NCBI GenBank assembly: GCA_011364985.1 | Contig: RDOC01000001.1 | Span: forward strand, 256,001 to 320,000 | Reading direction: 5' to 3' | DNA: 64,000 bases | DNA from: Candidatus Thorarchaeota archaeon | Lineage (GTDB): Archaea > Asgardarchaeota > Thorarchaeia > Thorarchaeales > Thorarchaeaceae | Position numbers and translations under genes: made by a program | Notes under the pieces: model-generated | What the model was told of the DNA's origin: nothing | Seen by the model: only the letters and a program-made list of their open reading frames with translations | Databases searched by the model: none | In this document: positions 50,387 to 61,362 of the stretch, piece by piece | Layout of the letters: every line of letters begins with the position of its first letter | Numbering within the stretch: the stretch's first letter is position 1

Positions 50387-51418
50387 TTGACGTTGCGCGA
50401 TCTGCTATTCCTATCTCACAACATTCGACATCCGCGCTGTGAGTATCTTGTGCGCAGCCTTTGTGATGGCTTCAATGTCGTCGCACCCCGTTTCTCAATG
50501 GCTCAAAGCAACAGACTTTCTCTGAGCTCGCGGTCAGCCTCAAATATGTTCAATCTCGGTCTTTCAGCCATGGTACGTAAGATACCAATGCATCTTGATG
50601 GCATCGATGTGTTCATTACACCTTTCATGCGAAATGCTACTTTCGTCCATGACTATCACGTCCCGCTTGTCCCGGAATTGATTTGGCTTGGATACTTGCC
50701 AGTTGCAGCTATTGCCCGAGCACTCCTTCCTGACAGTATCAGACAAGCAAAGGCCATTATCTCACCAAATTGGCGAATGCTCTCACATGCCTCTGAATAC
50801 GCAAGGTTGCCTGACTTCTATGTCGTTCCTAACTATCCTCTAAAGAGATTTTACATTGATATCTCTATCGAGAAGGCGAGGCTCGAGCTGGATCTGCCGC
50901 AGGACAAGCAGATCGTCCTCTTTGTTGGGGGAGGAAGGCTGAGAGAGATCTATGGCATCGACCTGCTGATTGATGCTTGGAGAGAGGTGCATAGGCAGAA
51001 GCCAGACGCACGCCTCTATATACTGGGACCCAAACACAAAGTCGGGCTAACAGCAAGCGAATTCAAAGACCTTGCAAAGAAAGAGCTCATTTTTCCAGGG
51101 ACTATCCCGCACAAGGAGATTCCAATCTGGATCGCCTCCGCCGACTTGTGCGTGTCGCAGCGTACGCGAGGCTTTCCTGTTGAGTTCTACAACATCTATG
51201 ACAGCTTGAAACTGTCTGAGTACGCGCTGTTTGAGAAACCAATTGTGGCTGCCGGATACTCACCAGGAAAGGACTATATCTCAACTGATACGAGAACTGA
51301 GCTGTATGCAAGAGGCATCGTGGAAGGGCTGAATGGTGGTGCTCCAAAGCCGATTCCGCATTATTGGGAGGAGAATATTCCAACCCTAAAGAAGGCATAT
51401 GAAGCTCTACAGAGTTAG
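50387..51418 (+). CDS. divergent glycosyltransferase family 4
   Basis: VVPNYP, VLFVGG, GIDLLIDAW, ADLCV, KLSEYALFEKPIV. Confidence 0.75.
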   Translation: MTLRDLLFLSHNIRHPRCEYLVRSLCDGFNVVAPRFSMAQSNRLSLSSRSASNMFNLGLSAMVRKIPMHLDGIDVFITPFMRNATFVHDYHVPLVPELIWLGYLPVAAIARALLPDSIRQAKAIISPNWRMLSHASEYARLPDFYVVPNYPLKRFYIDISIEKARLELDLPQDKQIVLFVGGGRLREIYGIDLLIDAWREVHRQKPDARLYILGPKHKVGLTASEFKDLAKKELIFPGTIPHKEIPIWIASADLCVSQRTRGFPVEFYNIYDSLKLSEYALFEKPIVAAGYSPGKDYISTDTRTELYARGIVEGLNGGAPKPIPHYWEENIPTLKKAYEALQS

Positions 51419-51422
51419 AGGC

Positions 51423-52133
51423 CTAGTTGGCCAAGAGAAGTCGAAGATACGCCCTAATTGTTCTAGGTACATTCATCTTACTGGCTCCACGCTTCAGGCC
51501 GTAGTCTAGACAAATTGGATATTCGAATGGCCTTGCTCCGACACTCTGCAATCGGAGAAGTACCAAGACCGCCGAGGTGAACTCGCGAGTATTGATGAAG
51601 TTCCCGCCAAACTTCTCAATCGCCTTTTTCAACACGGCATAGCGAATGCATCTGAATCCAGATGTGTTGTCGCGCACCTTACTCCCTTTCATCCTGATGA
51701 GCATGTTGATTCCCCAGCTGAGAGTACGTCGAGAGAGAGGAAGATTGAGTTGTTCTCCGCCAGCAACATATCTTGAAGCAACGACAATGTCATAGCCCGA
51801 ATTCAGTATCTTAAGCATGGGAACGATAAGTTGCGGATCATGGGTCAAGTCTGAGTCCATGGTCACAACGGCAGAATCCTCTTTGCCCTCCCTAGCAATG
51901 TGAATAAGGCCAGTACGAAGGGCGCCCCCAAGTCCTTTATTCACGTCATGGTCTATGACAGTAATGGGCATTTCTTTGGCGAATTCTCTGGCGATTTCGC
52001 CTGTTCTATCAGAGGAGCCATCATTTACGAGGACTATCTCGTATTCAATGGGCACTTGAGCTATTGCCTTGAGCAGATCAGGCAAGTTCTCCTCTTCATT
52101 GTAGGCAGGAAGCATATAGTATACAAGTGTCAT
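51423..52133 (-). CDS. GT2, polyprenol/dolichol-phosphate glycosyltransferase (DPM1-like)
   Basis: PAYNEEEN, VNDGSSD, MDSDLTH, ASRY..GG, DNTSGFR, GASKM. Confidence 0.93.
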   Translation of the reverse strand: MTLVYYMLPAYNEEENLPDLLKAIAQVPIEYEIVLVNDGSSDRTGEIAREFAKEMPITVIDHDVNKGLGGALRTGLIHIAREGKEDSAVVTMDSDLTHDPQLIVPMLKILNSGYDIVVASRYVAGGEQLNLPLSRRTLSWGINMLIRMKGSKVRDNTSGFRCIRYAVLKKAIEKFGGNFINTREFTSAVLVLLRLQSVGARPFEYPICLDYGLKRGASKMNVPRTIRAYLRLLLAN

Positions 52134-52242
52134 TGGGATAATCCCCCAAATAGATCAGGAGAATTACTGGGTTCTTTGGAGGGCCTTATGCAAATCTCGC
52201 TACGTAATAAATTCCTCTTAAGAATGGAACTACACATACAGA

Positions 52243-54498
52243 TCACATCTCGGAAACCTTCATTTTGAACACAAGGTATTGGCCTTCGCTGTATACTAGG
52301 ATTAAAAAGGGACTTGATTCGAACTTGGAATAGCCATGCGGAAATAGGTTGAATTCAGTAGGAGTAAATAAGACCAGACTCACCTCATATTCAAGGAATA
52401 GGTCCATTACCTCATCCATTGCAGTGGCATTATACATGGCAAAGTAGGCTTGATAGCGTGGATCAGAGGCGTTCGCTACTCTGTAGCCAGAATACAGTAT
52501 CTGGCGCCCGATAATGGCGCTCAGCTCCCAGTTCTCAGGTGCACATAACACTACCTCATCTGGTTCGGAATTCTCATAGATCCATCTTAGCATTGACCGT
52601 TCCTCGAGTGTGACCTTGGGGACCGTGCCGTAGAAGTTCTCATTGAACTCACCCAGATTGTACTGATAGAACCAAGAGGTTTGAAGACTGCCTAACAGCA
52701 GAAGGGACAAAATGAATATCATTTTTCCTGCGGCTATCGCTTTTGGTGCATGCCTCACAATGCTCTCTTTCTGTAACTTCATTCTCTGGTCGGATTGCTT
52801 CAGATTGCGCCACCAATTCTGTGAACCAAATGACCGTTCAAGTAGCTGTAAAGCATCATTTTTATTTGAACTCCAATAAGACACGCCCAGAGCAAAAGCC
52901 AGCAGAACCGATGTCTGCAGGTTGAATAGTGGGAAGTAGTCTGTGGGCATGTAGCCAATTCCCGAGTCTCGAGCCATGGAGAATAAGATGGTCGATAACA
53001 GAGTGAATTCAAGCCATACTATGGATAGCCACTTTCCCGGGCTGTCAGGAAGAGAGTGAAGAGCAATGTAGCCAATCAGGCCAAGAAAAACAAAGGGTCC
53101 CAAATAGGTTCCTAGCCCGTTAAGGATTGCAGTGCCAGTGAATCGGGGTGTTATCACGACAAGGCTCGACACCACACTACGAATGAGGAATAATCCAACT
53201 ACTCCGATGAAGATCAGAGCTTTGTACAATAGTAGGCGTTGGCACATCCTGCTTCTGGAAATGGGCCTGAGAAGAACTATGCCAACGAAGAAGATACCAA
53301 CGCTCACTAGGGGAAAGAAGCCAAGCCCGATATGGAAGAAGGGTAGCTCTACTATGCTGACAGCGATGGCAATGGTAGCACCGCCTTTCCAATTCGTCAC
53401 TCTAAAGAGTAAAGCAATGATAAAGACAAAGAAGAGAAGAGGAAGGAGATGATGAAAACTTGCTAGGAATGATTCATAGCCAAGGCCAGGGACAAAGAAA
53501 TCTGCAGGAACTCCGTCTGGCCGATCCCAAGGAAAAGAAACGCCCCTATTAATTTCGTTTGTCACTGTATAATTGAGGCCATCGTCATACACCCCAAGGA
53601 AGCGGAAGAGAGGAGCAAGATCCATAGTGACTCCGAGGCCTAGTGTGGAAATGACCATGATCCATCCTGGTATTTTCTCAGAAATGCTACGAACTGCATA
53701 GTAGATTACAGGAACAACAGCAGAATGCATTACCATCTTGACGACAATAATGAAGATGTCGCCATAACCCTGCAAGTTCATGGTTGCCATTAATATGGCG
53801 GTATAGCCAAGAGAGAGAGTTAGAGCGATTGGGTTCTCAGAGAGGGTGGAACCAAAGAAAGTGAGATTGGGGGGCGGGTAGACTCCTGTTGCAATTGACT
53901 GAATGATAGTGAGGTTATTGGTCAGGTCTCCAAACATGAAAAAAGTATCAGAAAATGAGCCATAGTACATGTGAAATGAATATGCCAAATCGAGAACACC
54001 AAGAGAGAGCCAGAGAAGAACTACAATCCATGCAGATACTGCCGGAAAACCTCTCTCCTTGTCCCCACCAGCTTTTCCTTCGAGTGTTTCAGAAGATTCA
54101 TCATGACGAAGATAACTTCCAATGCACGTCAGAAGTACTGTGATTATGAAGACCATTACTAGGAAATTGACCTGTCCAAACAGAAAGGGGCCAATATAGG
54201 CGAGAGGCGCCAAGAGAAGAGCACTGAACATGAAGGACTCCGTGAATCCTGTCAAGAGATGGTCAGGTAAACGAGGGTTCCAGTGAGGATTCCCTAGAAG
54301 GATGGTCCTGACAAGTGCGCCGCACATGAGAACAAGTAGCAATCCAGATGCGACTGAAAAGTACATGCCAAGAAATGAGAATATGAAAAGGAGGAAGGCA
54401 AGAGCAACCTTCCGCAATGCAGTTACCTGCATATATGTCAGTCTCGATCGCAGGCCAGCACACTTTGGATCAAAGATTGAATCGCCCATTATACTCAT
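52243..54498 (-). CDS. polytopic membrane protein, putative GT-C with AglB/STT3-like C-terminal domain
   Basis: GDL..NL..IQSI..G.YPP loop; C-terminal MLRWIYENSEPDEVVL...SAIIGRQIL...EYEVSLV; no WWDYG. Confidence 0.6.
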   Translation of the reverse strand: MSIMGDSIFDPKCAGLRSRLTYMQVTALRKVALAFLLFIFSFLGMYFSVASGLLLVLMCGALVRTILLGNPHWNPRLPDHLLTGFTESFMFSALLLAPLAYIGPFLFGQVNFLVMVFIITVLLTCIGSYLRHDESSETLEGKAGGDKERGFPAVSAWIVVLLWLSLGVLDLAYSFHMYYGSFSDTFFMFGDLTNNLTIIQSIATGVYPPPNLTFFGSTLSENPIALTLSLGYTAILMATMNLQGYGDIFIIVVKMVMHSAVVPVIYYAVRSISEKIPGWIMVISTLGLGVTMDLAPLFRFLGVYDDGLNYTVTNEINRGVSFPWDRPDGVPADFFVPGLGYESFLASFHHLLPLLFFVFIIALLFRVTNWKGGATIAIAVSIVELPFFHIGLGFFPLVSVGIFFVGIVLLRPISRSRMCQRLLLYKALIFIGVVGLFLIRSVVSSLVVITPRFTGTAILNGLGTYLGPFVFLGLIGYIALHSLPDSPGKWLSIVWLEFTLLSTILFSMARDSGIGYMPTDYFPLFNLQTSVLLAFALGVSYWSSNKNDALQLLERSFGSQNWWRNLKQSDQRMKLQKESIVRHAPKAIAAGKMIFILSLLLLGSLQTSWFYQYNLGEFNENFYGTVPKVTLEERSMLRWIYENSEPDEVVLCAPENWELSAIIGRQILYSGYRVANASDPRYQAYFAMYNATAMDEVMDLFLEYEVSLVLFTPTEFNLFPHGYSKFESSPFLILVYSEGQYLVFKMKVSEM

Positions 54499-54501
54499 CC
54501 C

Positions 54502-57138
54502 CTATGTCACCAGCTCTATTCGGTCAATCTCCAACTGCAATGTCGCTGTGTCATCTAAGATGGGATCATACACCGTGACTTTTATTTCATTGTAGCTTTC
54601 GAGAGAGAAGATTCCTGCTGTCGAGAAATTCAAGGCAATAGAGAACGAGATTCCAGTTTCTACATTTGGTGATATCCGAACCTCTTCACAAGCAGTCGAA
54701 TTGCACAGCGAAATAGTGATTCTTGGGAGTATCTCGTAGGTGCCATTCATGGTCATATGAAACAGGAAGATTGCTTCATCTATCGTATAGGCTCGTGTCA
54801 AATTCAGGGAGAGCTGTGAGTATTCAGTTCCAGTCAGGTTTGCGGGGTACGTGAAGGTGCCCGATATAGAATCGGATTCAATTGTCAGATTACCTGCAGT
54901 GCTATTCCCAGACACACTCACACCACTCGCCAAGAGACTATCACCTGCTAAGCCATCATGCAGAACTCGATTAACGTAGAGATCAATTGTTGGAATACCT
55001 CTTTCTGACAGGCTATGAGCAAGACGGAACGCACCAGAGTTCATCAAGAGAGAAACCCATTGAGGCGAATCTGGAAAGAGCTCGAACCATCCTTCCGAGA
55101 GAACAAAGACATCAACGGGAAGAGACATGATGAGAGCCAGAGATGCAAGAGAACTCTCTTGACTGGCTAGATATGAGGGGGGGATTATGATTCTTCTGCT
55201 AGGTATATAATAGTTTAGAACATGAGGTGCTCTGACAGTCATTAGATACCCTAGATCCGGATATGTGCCGATCAGCATGCTAGCTTCCATCAGACTATAG
55301 GTGGGCTCAAAGTAGTTGGGACCATCATATACAAGATGCAACGAGTTTTGATACATTCCTGTATAGCTTACTTGAGGCATTACAAGTGTGATGTTGATAC
55401 TAATCGCGATGACAATGAAGTATCGCTTCAGGTCCTTTCGACTCAATCTTGTGCGGATGAGTCTAATCGAATCGATGAGCTTTGTCAGAACTACTGCTGA
55501 AATCAGAAGAAATGACCATAGACAGTAGACCATATGATGCTGAAGAAGCCTCGTTTCCATTACATAGAAGGGAATGTGTGCAAGAAAAATGGCAACTGGC
55601 AGGTCTCTTGTCATATGGTCATTGTATCTCTTTGAAACCCAAGGAGTGAGAAACACTAATCCCAACACAAGCAGTGGAGTTTGGAATATCAGAAAGAAAG
55701 CAAAGAAGCCCATGTTGTGAAGGACCAGCAGTCCCTCACTAGCAACCCAGTTGGTCTGTGAGTATCCCAGCAGCTTACTAATCGGATTTGTCCATCTTAG
55801 AGGATAGCTGATGAAATAGAAGCAGAGAGAGATGATGCTCAGTAGACCAAGCGAGATAAATCCTCTGGAGAAGTATTCAGTATTCCACTCCTTCTTGTTC
55901 GTATTGATGAGAAGTACCAGAAATAGGCCAAATATGAAGGGGAAAAGGATCAAGATTGATTTGAACATCGAGGAAATCCCAAGGAATATTGCTGACAGAA
56001 CAAGGTTGATGCTACCGTTATTTGAGGCACGAATCAGGAAATAGAGTGCTAGAGCCATCATGGCACTCAGGGGAATCTCTTGATAGAGCGAACGGGAGTA
56101 CTCCAGCAGGATGGGATTTGTAATGATGAATAGAACAGCAATGTAGAACGACTTTCTGTCTCGAATCAATGCTTGAGCGATTAGACCTACCGCTCCGGCG
56201 AGAATTATGAAGAAGAATCGAACCGTCACGCGGTAGATAGCAAACACACCAATTCCAGTTACATAGGAGAGAAATCCGACAAGAAGGGACAGGCCTATGT
56301 TCTTTGACGAACCATGAATCATGGCCCAAGCAGTATAGGAGAAGTCGCCATCGACGAGATTGGAACGCACCATCTCTGCAAAATCGAGATAGCCCCAAGC
56401 CACATAGTTCCAAATCTCTGAGAATTGGCCTTCTGGGCCAGAAAGGCCCATGCCGACAGAGTCATTGTGCACGTATCCAGTATCTGTGACGCTAAGAAAG
56501 ATGAATATCACGACCAGAAACACAACGGCTACAATGAGATGGGATTGCTTGGGCAGGAGCGTACTCAACTTGCTTCCAGAGCCCTCAATATCCTCCTTGG
56601 AGTTGGCTTTCTGCTCTCTCAGCCTAAGAAGGTCAAAGGGTATTATTTGTAGTATTAGTAGAAACCCAGCCGCAATCAGAAGTAGACCAATTGGAAAGAA
56701 CTGTACGTAGGGATAGGAGCAAGTCTCCAGCCAGTAGGTGGTCGTAATTTCTTCGTTGTAAGAGTCCACATATATCCAGAAGGAATAGTTGGAGAATCCA
56801 TCCACGAAGAATGTGAGTCGAGGCTCATGCATCCATGCAGTCATGGCTATTGTACGATTGACATACCGAATGCTGAGAATGCCCGTTCCATTTGACATCT
56901 CCACACGGATTCCGAGAATCTGGTCGACTTCGAGATACTGTCTGCTAATTAGGACGGTAGTATTCTCTTGGATATTTGTGATTGTGATTGAGTCATGTGA
57001 GTATTCACTGACTGTCGTCTGGGAAATTCCAATGAATACGGAACCAAATGCAACGAGTGAAACGATAAGAAGAACGCGGCCAACTTTGATGTGACTAGGA
57101 AGAATCTGATTCAAACTTCGTCGCTTCAAAGATATCAC
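54502..57138 (-). CDS. GT-C (PMT_2-like) membrane glycosyltransferase with extra N- and C-terminal soluble domains
   Basis: NPILLEYSRSLYQEIP, SAIFLGISSMFK; C-terminal beta-sandwich-like tail. Confidence 0.65.
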   Translation of the reverse strand: MISLKRRSLNQILPSHIKVGRVLLIVSLVAFGSVFIGISQTTVSEYSHDSITITNIQENTTVLISRQYLEVDQILGIRVEMSNGTGILSIRYVNRTIAMTAWMHEPRLTFFVDGFSNYSFWIYVDSYNEEITTTYWLETCSYPYVQFFPIGLLLIAAGFLLILQIIPFDLLRLREQKANSKEDIEGSGSKLSTLLPKQSHLIVAVVFLVVIFIFLSVTDTGYVHNDSVGMGLSGPEGQFSEIWNYVAWGYLDFAEMVRSNLVDGDFSYTAWAMIHGSSKNIGLSLLVGFLSYVTGIGVFAIYRVTVRFFFIILAGAVGLIAQALIRDRKSFYIAVLFIITNPILLEYSRSLYQEIPLSAMMALALYFLIRASNNGSINLVLSAIFLGISSMFKSILILFPFIFGLFLVLLINTNKKEWNTEYFSRGFISLGLLSIISLCFYFISYPLRWTNPISKLLGYSQTNWVASEGLLVLHNMGFFAFFLIFQTPLLVLGLVFLTPWVSKRYNDHMTRDLPVAIFLAHIPFYVMETRLLQHHMVYCLWSFLLISAVVLTKLIDSIRLIRTRLSRKDLKRYFIVIAISINITLVMPQVSYTGMYQNSLHLVYDGPNYFEPTYSLMEASMLIGTYPDLGYLMTVRAPHVLNYYIPSRRIIIPPSYLASQESSLASLALIMSLPVDVFVLSEGWFELFPDSPQWVSLLMNSGAFRLAHSLSERGIPTIDLYVNRVLHDGLAGDSLLASGVSVSGNSTAGNLTIESDSISGTFTYPANLTGTEYSQLSLNLTRAYTIDEAIFLFHMTMNGTYEILPRITISLCNSTACEEVRISPNVETGISFSIALNFSTAGIFSLESYNEIKVTVYDPILDDTATLQLEIDRIELVT

Positions 57139-57161
57139 TCCATCATACCAATTGACCGCAG

Positions 57162-58334
57162 CTATCCAACTTCAGCTGTCCTCTTCATCATCACAGATAA
57201 CTTATGCGCGACTATATTCCAGTCGTATTCCTTTACGCAAACATTCCTAGCTCTATGACCCATAGACGCAAACTCATCTGGATTGTCTCTGCATAGTCTG
57301 AAGAGCCGAGAGATGCCATTCGCCAGTGAATGTGGGTCTTCTGGCGGCACTATAAGTCCGAAATCGTTCCGAACAAATGTACGAGGGCCGGGTATGTCTG
57401 TCACCAAAACGGGCGTACCCGAAGCCATGGCTTCCATGGCCACCAAGCCAAACGTTTCTCTACGCGAGGGCATCAGACAAAGGCTCGCTGACCTGTAATG
57501 CTGAAGCAATTCTTCATCCGAAACGTAACCCAGGTAGGTAACATTGCTTCGGGATTCTGTGAATTTCTCGACCATCTGACCCATGGGTCCTGTGCCGCAG
57601 ATCTTGTAAACAATCTGGGAGGCGATCTCAGGTTCAGACGCCTCAAGTTCTTCTATTGCACCAAGGATGATGTCAATCCCCTTTTGATAGTCGAGTCGGC
57701 CCACAAAGAACACGGTGAATTCGCTCAAGTCCTTCTGGACTAGGGGAGTAAATCTCTTGGTGTCAACACCATTGGGAATCATGTGAACATTCCGGAGACC
57801 CCATGACCGGTAGATTGTGGAGTCTTCATTGTTCAACACATGGTATGCATCAAATACCCGAAGCAGGCGTTTCGTGACCAGACGGATGTAGAGATTGTGT
57901 AAGTAGCCCTCTTGAAAGATTGTGGAATGCTGTGAACTTATCACACGTGCTTTTCCAGACAGGTTCTTTGCGATCCAGACAGTCAAGTCTTGTAGAGCGT
58001 AGGCATTCATGAAATACGTTACGTCATGACTTTGCATAAGACGTGTTAGCTCTTTCAGCGCCTTAGTTTTCAGAGCAGGCAGATTCATTCGGTGGAAAAT
58101 CTTCATTGATGGTATCTCTTTGTAAGTGATTCCATCTTTACGCAATTGCTTGACAAACCATGGAGTTGTACTTTTGCAATAGCTTCTAGCCACGAAATCA
58201 GAAGCGACAACGGTTGGCCGTACGCCACTACGAAGGAGTCTTGGAGCCACCTCTATGAGCCACCGATCCCCTCCAGCGCCCATCGTGAGACTAAGGGGGC
58301 TGTACATCAAGAGACTCAATTCTTCGTCAGTCAT
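57162..58334 (-). CDS. glycosyltransferase family 4
   Basis: IPNGVD, FVGRLDYQKG, ETFGLVAMEAMASG. Confidence 0.93.
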   Translation of the reverse strand: MTDEELSLLMYSPLSLTMGAGGDRWLIEVAPRLLRSGVRPTVVASDFVARSYCKSTTPWFVKQLRKDGITYKEIPSMKIFHRMNLPALKTKALKELTRLMQSHDVTYFMNAYALQDLTVWIAKNLSGKARVISSQHSTIFQEGYLHNLYIRLVTKRLLRVFDAYHVLNNEDSTIYRSWGLRNVHMIPNGVDTKRFTPLVQKDLSEFTVFFVGRLDYQKGIDIILGAIEELEASEPEIASQIVYKICGTGPMGQMVEKFTESRSNVTYLGYVSDEELLQHYRSASLCLMPSRRETFGLVAMEAMASGTPVLVTDIPGPRTFVRNDFGLIVPPEDPHSLANGISRLFRLCRDNPDEFASMGHRARNVCVKEYDWNIVAHKLSVMMKRTAEVG

Positions 58335-58440
58335 CGCTGAACACCCCGTTTCATAGGCTAGCTTCCGGCATATGCGTCCTTACCAGAATCACCTTGGGAC
58401 TACACTAGACTTGGCCTCCAGTGCTAACTTAAGAGCGTTT

Positions 58441-59994
58441 TCAAGACAGCTGATTTGGGTGGTATTCTGGGCTCTTGAAGTAAATCCTCTCAACACGAGA
58501 TACCAGCCCATGCAAGGAAGATGGAAGAACTGCCCTTGCAAGCTGGAAATCGATGTCTTTCATCTCCCGAAATAGAAATAGGAAGATGCTGTACGCAAAG
58601 ATTGAAACTAGAAGCCATAAGCCCAGTTCGATTATTCCTGAGGGCGATGCGATAAAGACAATGAGACCTGCTAGAGCGGAGGCCGTTCCGACCTTGCCAA
58701 GAGATATAACGGTTCGACCCAAGCCGCGAAGACCCCTTTGCTTCAGCCGAGCCCACGAAGCAATAAAGAGTAATGTAATGTATGTACATCGTACCAACAC
58801 AGAACCAAGAAGACCAAACAGAGACGTTAGATACCAGCAGCCAACAATCTCAAAGGCGATAATGAAGACTCCAACGATGATGAAGAACCTTGCTTCACCC
58901 ATCGACCTAAGTGCGGTGTGAATGGCATAGACAACTCCCCAAAGGGTGTACACCAAGACAAGAAGAGAGAAGGAGAGAACAGCATCAGGGAAATCAGCGT
59001 AGGGAAGTCCAAAAAGGACTTCAAGAACAGTGAAGGAGTTCAGAGCAATTATTACCGCCACTGGAAGTAGGAGGATAATGATATAGCGAACCAGCGCAAC
59101 AACGACACCTCCCATCGCACTTCCTGAATCATCCTTCTCTTCAAGTTTCAGACGTATTCTTGTAAGGACAGGATAGATTGAGGATGCAATCGTAAGTGAC
59201 ACCAGACTAAACATGTAGAGGATTCTGAGAAAGACATCGAACACACCAAGAGCTGTGAGCCCCATGAGGTTCAGAAGGATAAGGCGATCAGTACTCTGAA
59301 TCGCAACATCAATGGTCTGGAATGCCAGGTTGGGCAACGCGAATGCCAATACTGGCCCCATTTTGATAGCGGTAGAGGAATATTCCAGATTTCTGCTGGC
59401 TGCAGTCACAAAGACAAGGACTGCTACAAGTTCGCCTCCCAACCATCCGAGCATTACTCCTGCCACGCCAAAACCGGCAAGCACAAGGCCAATTGTACCC
59501 ACGATCCGTGTGGTATCAAAGACAATGCGTCCAAGTGTCAGACTGCGAACATAGTATCTTGCCAAGAGGAAGGAATCAAGAAATGTTTCCATTGCTGAGA
59601 AGGGGCCAATGATTAGGACCAAATGAATTAGGGACTCTGGAACGCCACTGATCCCGAAGAGGAAAGGGGTGAGCAGGAACACAAGAAGTACCAATATCGA
59701 GGATGAAATCAAGATTATGGCAGCCGACCGCTTCAGAAAGTTTCTGACAGCACCTGAGGTGCCCTTGCCCTCCTCTTCAGGCACCACGAGGGGAGCTGCG
59801 TGGTTTAAGCCTGCGGCTCCGAGAAATTGCATAAATCCGTAGATAATCCCAAGGAATCCAATTTGCCCCATCTCTGATTGCAGAAGAAGTCTGGTGAGTA
59901 TCACAAGATTGAGAACTCGCAGAATACCAGTTATTGCTGCTTGAAACATGAATACGGAAGTTCCACGTGCTGCAGTCAAGGCGGTTTCTGTCAT
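58441..59994 (-). CDS. oligosaccharide flippase (MOP/Wzx family)
   Basis: AARGTSVF, ILTRLL, TDRLIL...LGVF, YPVLTR, FGLLG. Start at ATG 59994 or the upstream TTG 60075. Confidence 0.88.
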   Translation of the reverse strand: MTETALTAARGTSVFMFQAAITGILRVLNLVILTRLLLQSEMGQIGFLGIIYGFMQFLGAAGLNHAAPLVVPEEEGKGTSGAVRNFLKRSAAIILISSSILVLLVFLLTPFLFGISGVPESLIHLVLIIGPFSAMETFLDSFLLARYYVRSLTLGRIVFDTTRIVGTIGLVLAGFGVAGVMLGWLGGELVAVLVFVTAASRNLEYSSTAIKMGPVLAFALPNLAFQTIDVAIQSTDRLILLNLMGLTALGVFDVFLRILYMFSLVSLTIASSIYPVLTRIRLKLEEKDDSGSAMGGVVVALVRYIIILLLPVAVIIALNSFTVLEVLFGLPYADFPDAVLSFSLLVLVYTLWGVVYAIHTALRSMGEARFFIIVGVFIIAFEIVGCWYLTSLFGLLGSVLVRCTYITLLFIASWARLKQRGLRGLGRTVISLGKVGTASALAGLIVFIASPSGIIELGLWLLVSIFAYSIFLFLFREMKDIDFQLARAVLPSSLHGLVSRVERIYFKSPEYHPNQLS

Positions 59995-60146
59995 GAGTCC
60001 GGCATCCTGTTCTGGACCGAGTTGGCTTGATTGATACTCCGAGTATCGCTGGTTGTTCCGTGGCGTGTATGACAAATAGAGTTGTCGGATTGCTACTCCG
60101 GAAAATCTTTTGAGTGAGATGCAGCCTAAGCATCTCGGTTCTCACA

Positions 60147-61361
60147 ATGCGTATCGCAATTATCTCCACACTTCCACCACAAGAGACAGGAGAATCGCCG
60201 TACGCGGCTCGATTAATAGAGAGCCTAGTCAAGAATAATGGCGTTCAGATTGTAGCTGTGACAGGAAAGGATGCTGACGCATTAGACAGTCACAGTGGGA
60301 GAATTCAGACCCAGAGGATATGGGACAGTAGGTCCCTATTGTATCCAATAACCTTGGCGAAGTGTATCAAAGAGCAAAGAGTAGATATCGTTCATGTGCA
60401 ATTTGGACCATATGGAAAGGTCTATGGAGGACTCTTCGGGGAGATAATGCTCTTTCTCCTTATCCTCTTGCGTGCTATGGGAATCAAGACGACCATAACC
60501 CTTCATAGTACATGGATGCCGGAGCAAGTATCAGAAAGAGTGAAAGGATATGGTGTGCTTAGCAATCTCCTGCCATTCGCCCAAGCATTCTTTCGCCTCT
60601 ATATGAGGCTGTTAGATTGGGGAACAAGCACAATCCAGCTAAGCACGGTGAGAATGAACTCTGCCCTTCGGACTGCCTTTCGTAGGAACTACGAGTTTAT
60701 CGATCCAGAGAAGATTCTCGAAATACCTCATCCTTGTGCGCAGCTTGGAAAACCACTAGAGCAGAGCATTGCAGCACAAAAGCTTGGTCTTGAGGGAAAG
60801 ACCGTCGTTCTGATGTTTGGTTTCATTCGAAGAGGAAAAGGATTTGATATCGCACTTCATGCGATTAGTAAAGTGAGAGAATCGAGGCCAGAGACGCTGC
60901 TGCTTATTGCAGGTCGACCACAGGGATTTGATTCCGAAGAGTATATGCAGGAACTTCGAGGAATATGCCAAGAATTCAACTTATCAGATAATGTACGCTT
61001 TGATGCCAGATTCATTCCGGAGGAGGAGATATCAGACTATTTCGCAGCTAGTTCAATTCTTCTAATCCCATACACCGAAAGTGTCGGAGCCAGCGGACCA
61101 ATACATAACTATGCAGGCTATGGTGTACCAATTCTCGCCTCTGATGTGGGATATCATAATCGAGATAGTGTAGGCGGAAACCTCTTTCTATTCAAAGCAG
61201 GAAGCGCTGACGACCTTTCAAGGAAGCTTACCGAGATACTGGACAACTTGGAAGAAACACGGTTGGTGAGCCGGAAACAGGTAGAATACACACGGAAAGA
61301 AACTTGGGACCTTGCAGGAGAAAGAACGCTGTCACATTATAGGAAGACACTGAAGACGTAG
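60147..61361 (+). CDS. glycosyltransferase family 4
   Basis: MRIAIISTLPP..G, VHVQF, IPHP, FGFIRRGKG, FIPEEE, LIPY...GASG. Confidence 0.9.
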   Translation: MRIAIISTLPPQETGESPYAARLIESLVKNNGVQIVAVTGKDADALDSHSGRIQTQRIWDSRSLLYPITLAKCIKEQRVDIVHVQFGPYGKVYGGLFGEIMLFLLILLRAMGIKTTITLHSTWMPEQVSERVKGYGVLSNLLPFAQAFFRLYMRLLDWGTSTIQLSTVRMNSALRTAFRRNYEFIDPEKILEIPHPCAQLGKPLEQSIAAQKLGLEGKTVVLMFGFIRRGKGFDIALHAISKVRESRPETLLLIAGRPQGFDSEEYMQELRGICQEFNLSDNVRFDARFIPEEEISDYFAASSILLIPYTESVGASGPIHNYAGYGVPILASDVGYHNRDSVGGNLFLFKAGSADDLSRKLTEILDNLEETRLVSRKQVEYTRKETWDLAGERTLSHYRKTLKT

Positions 61362-61362
61362 G

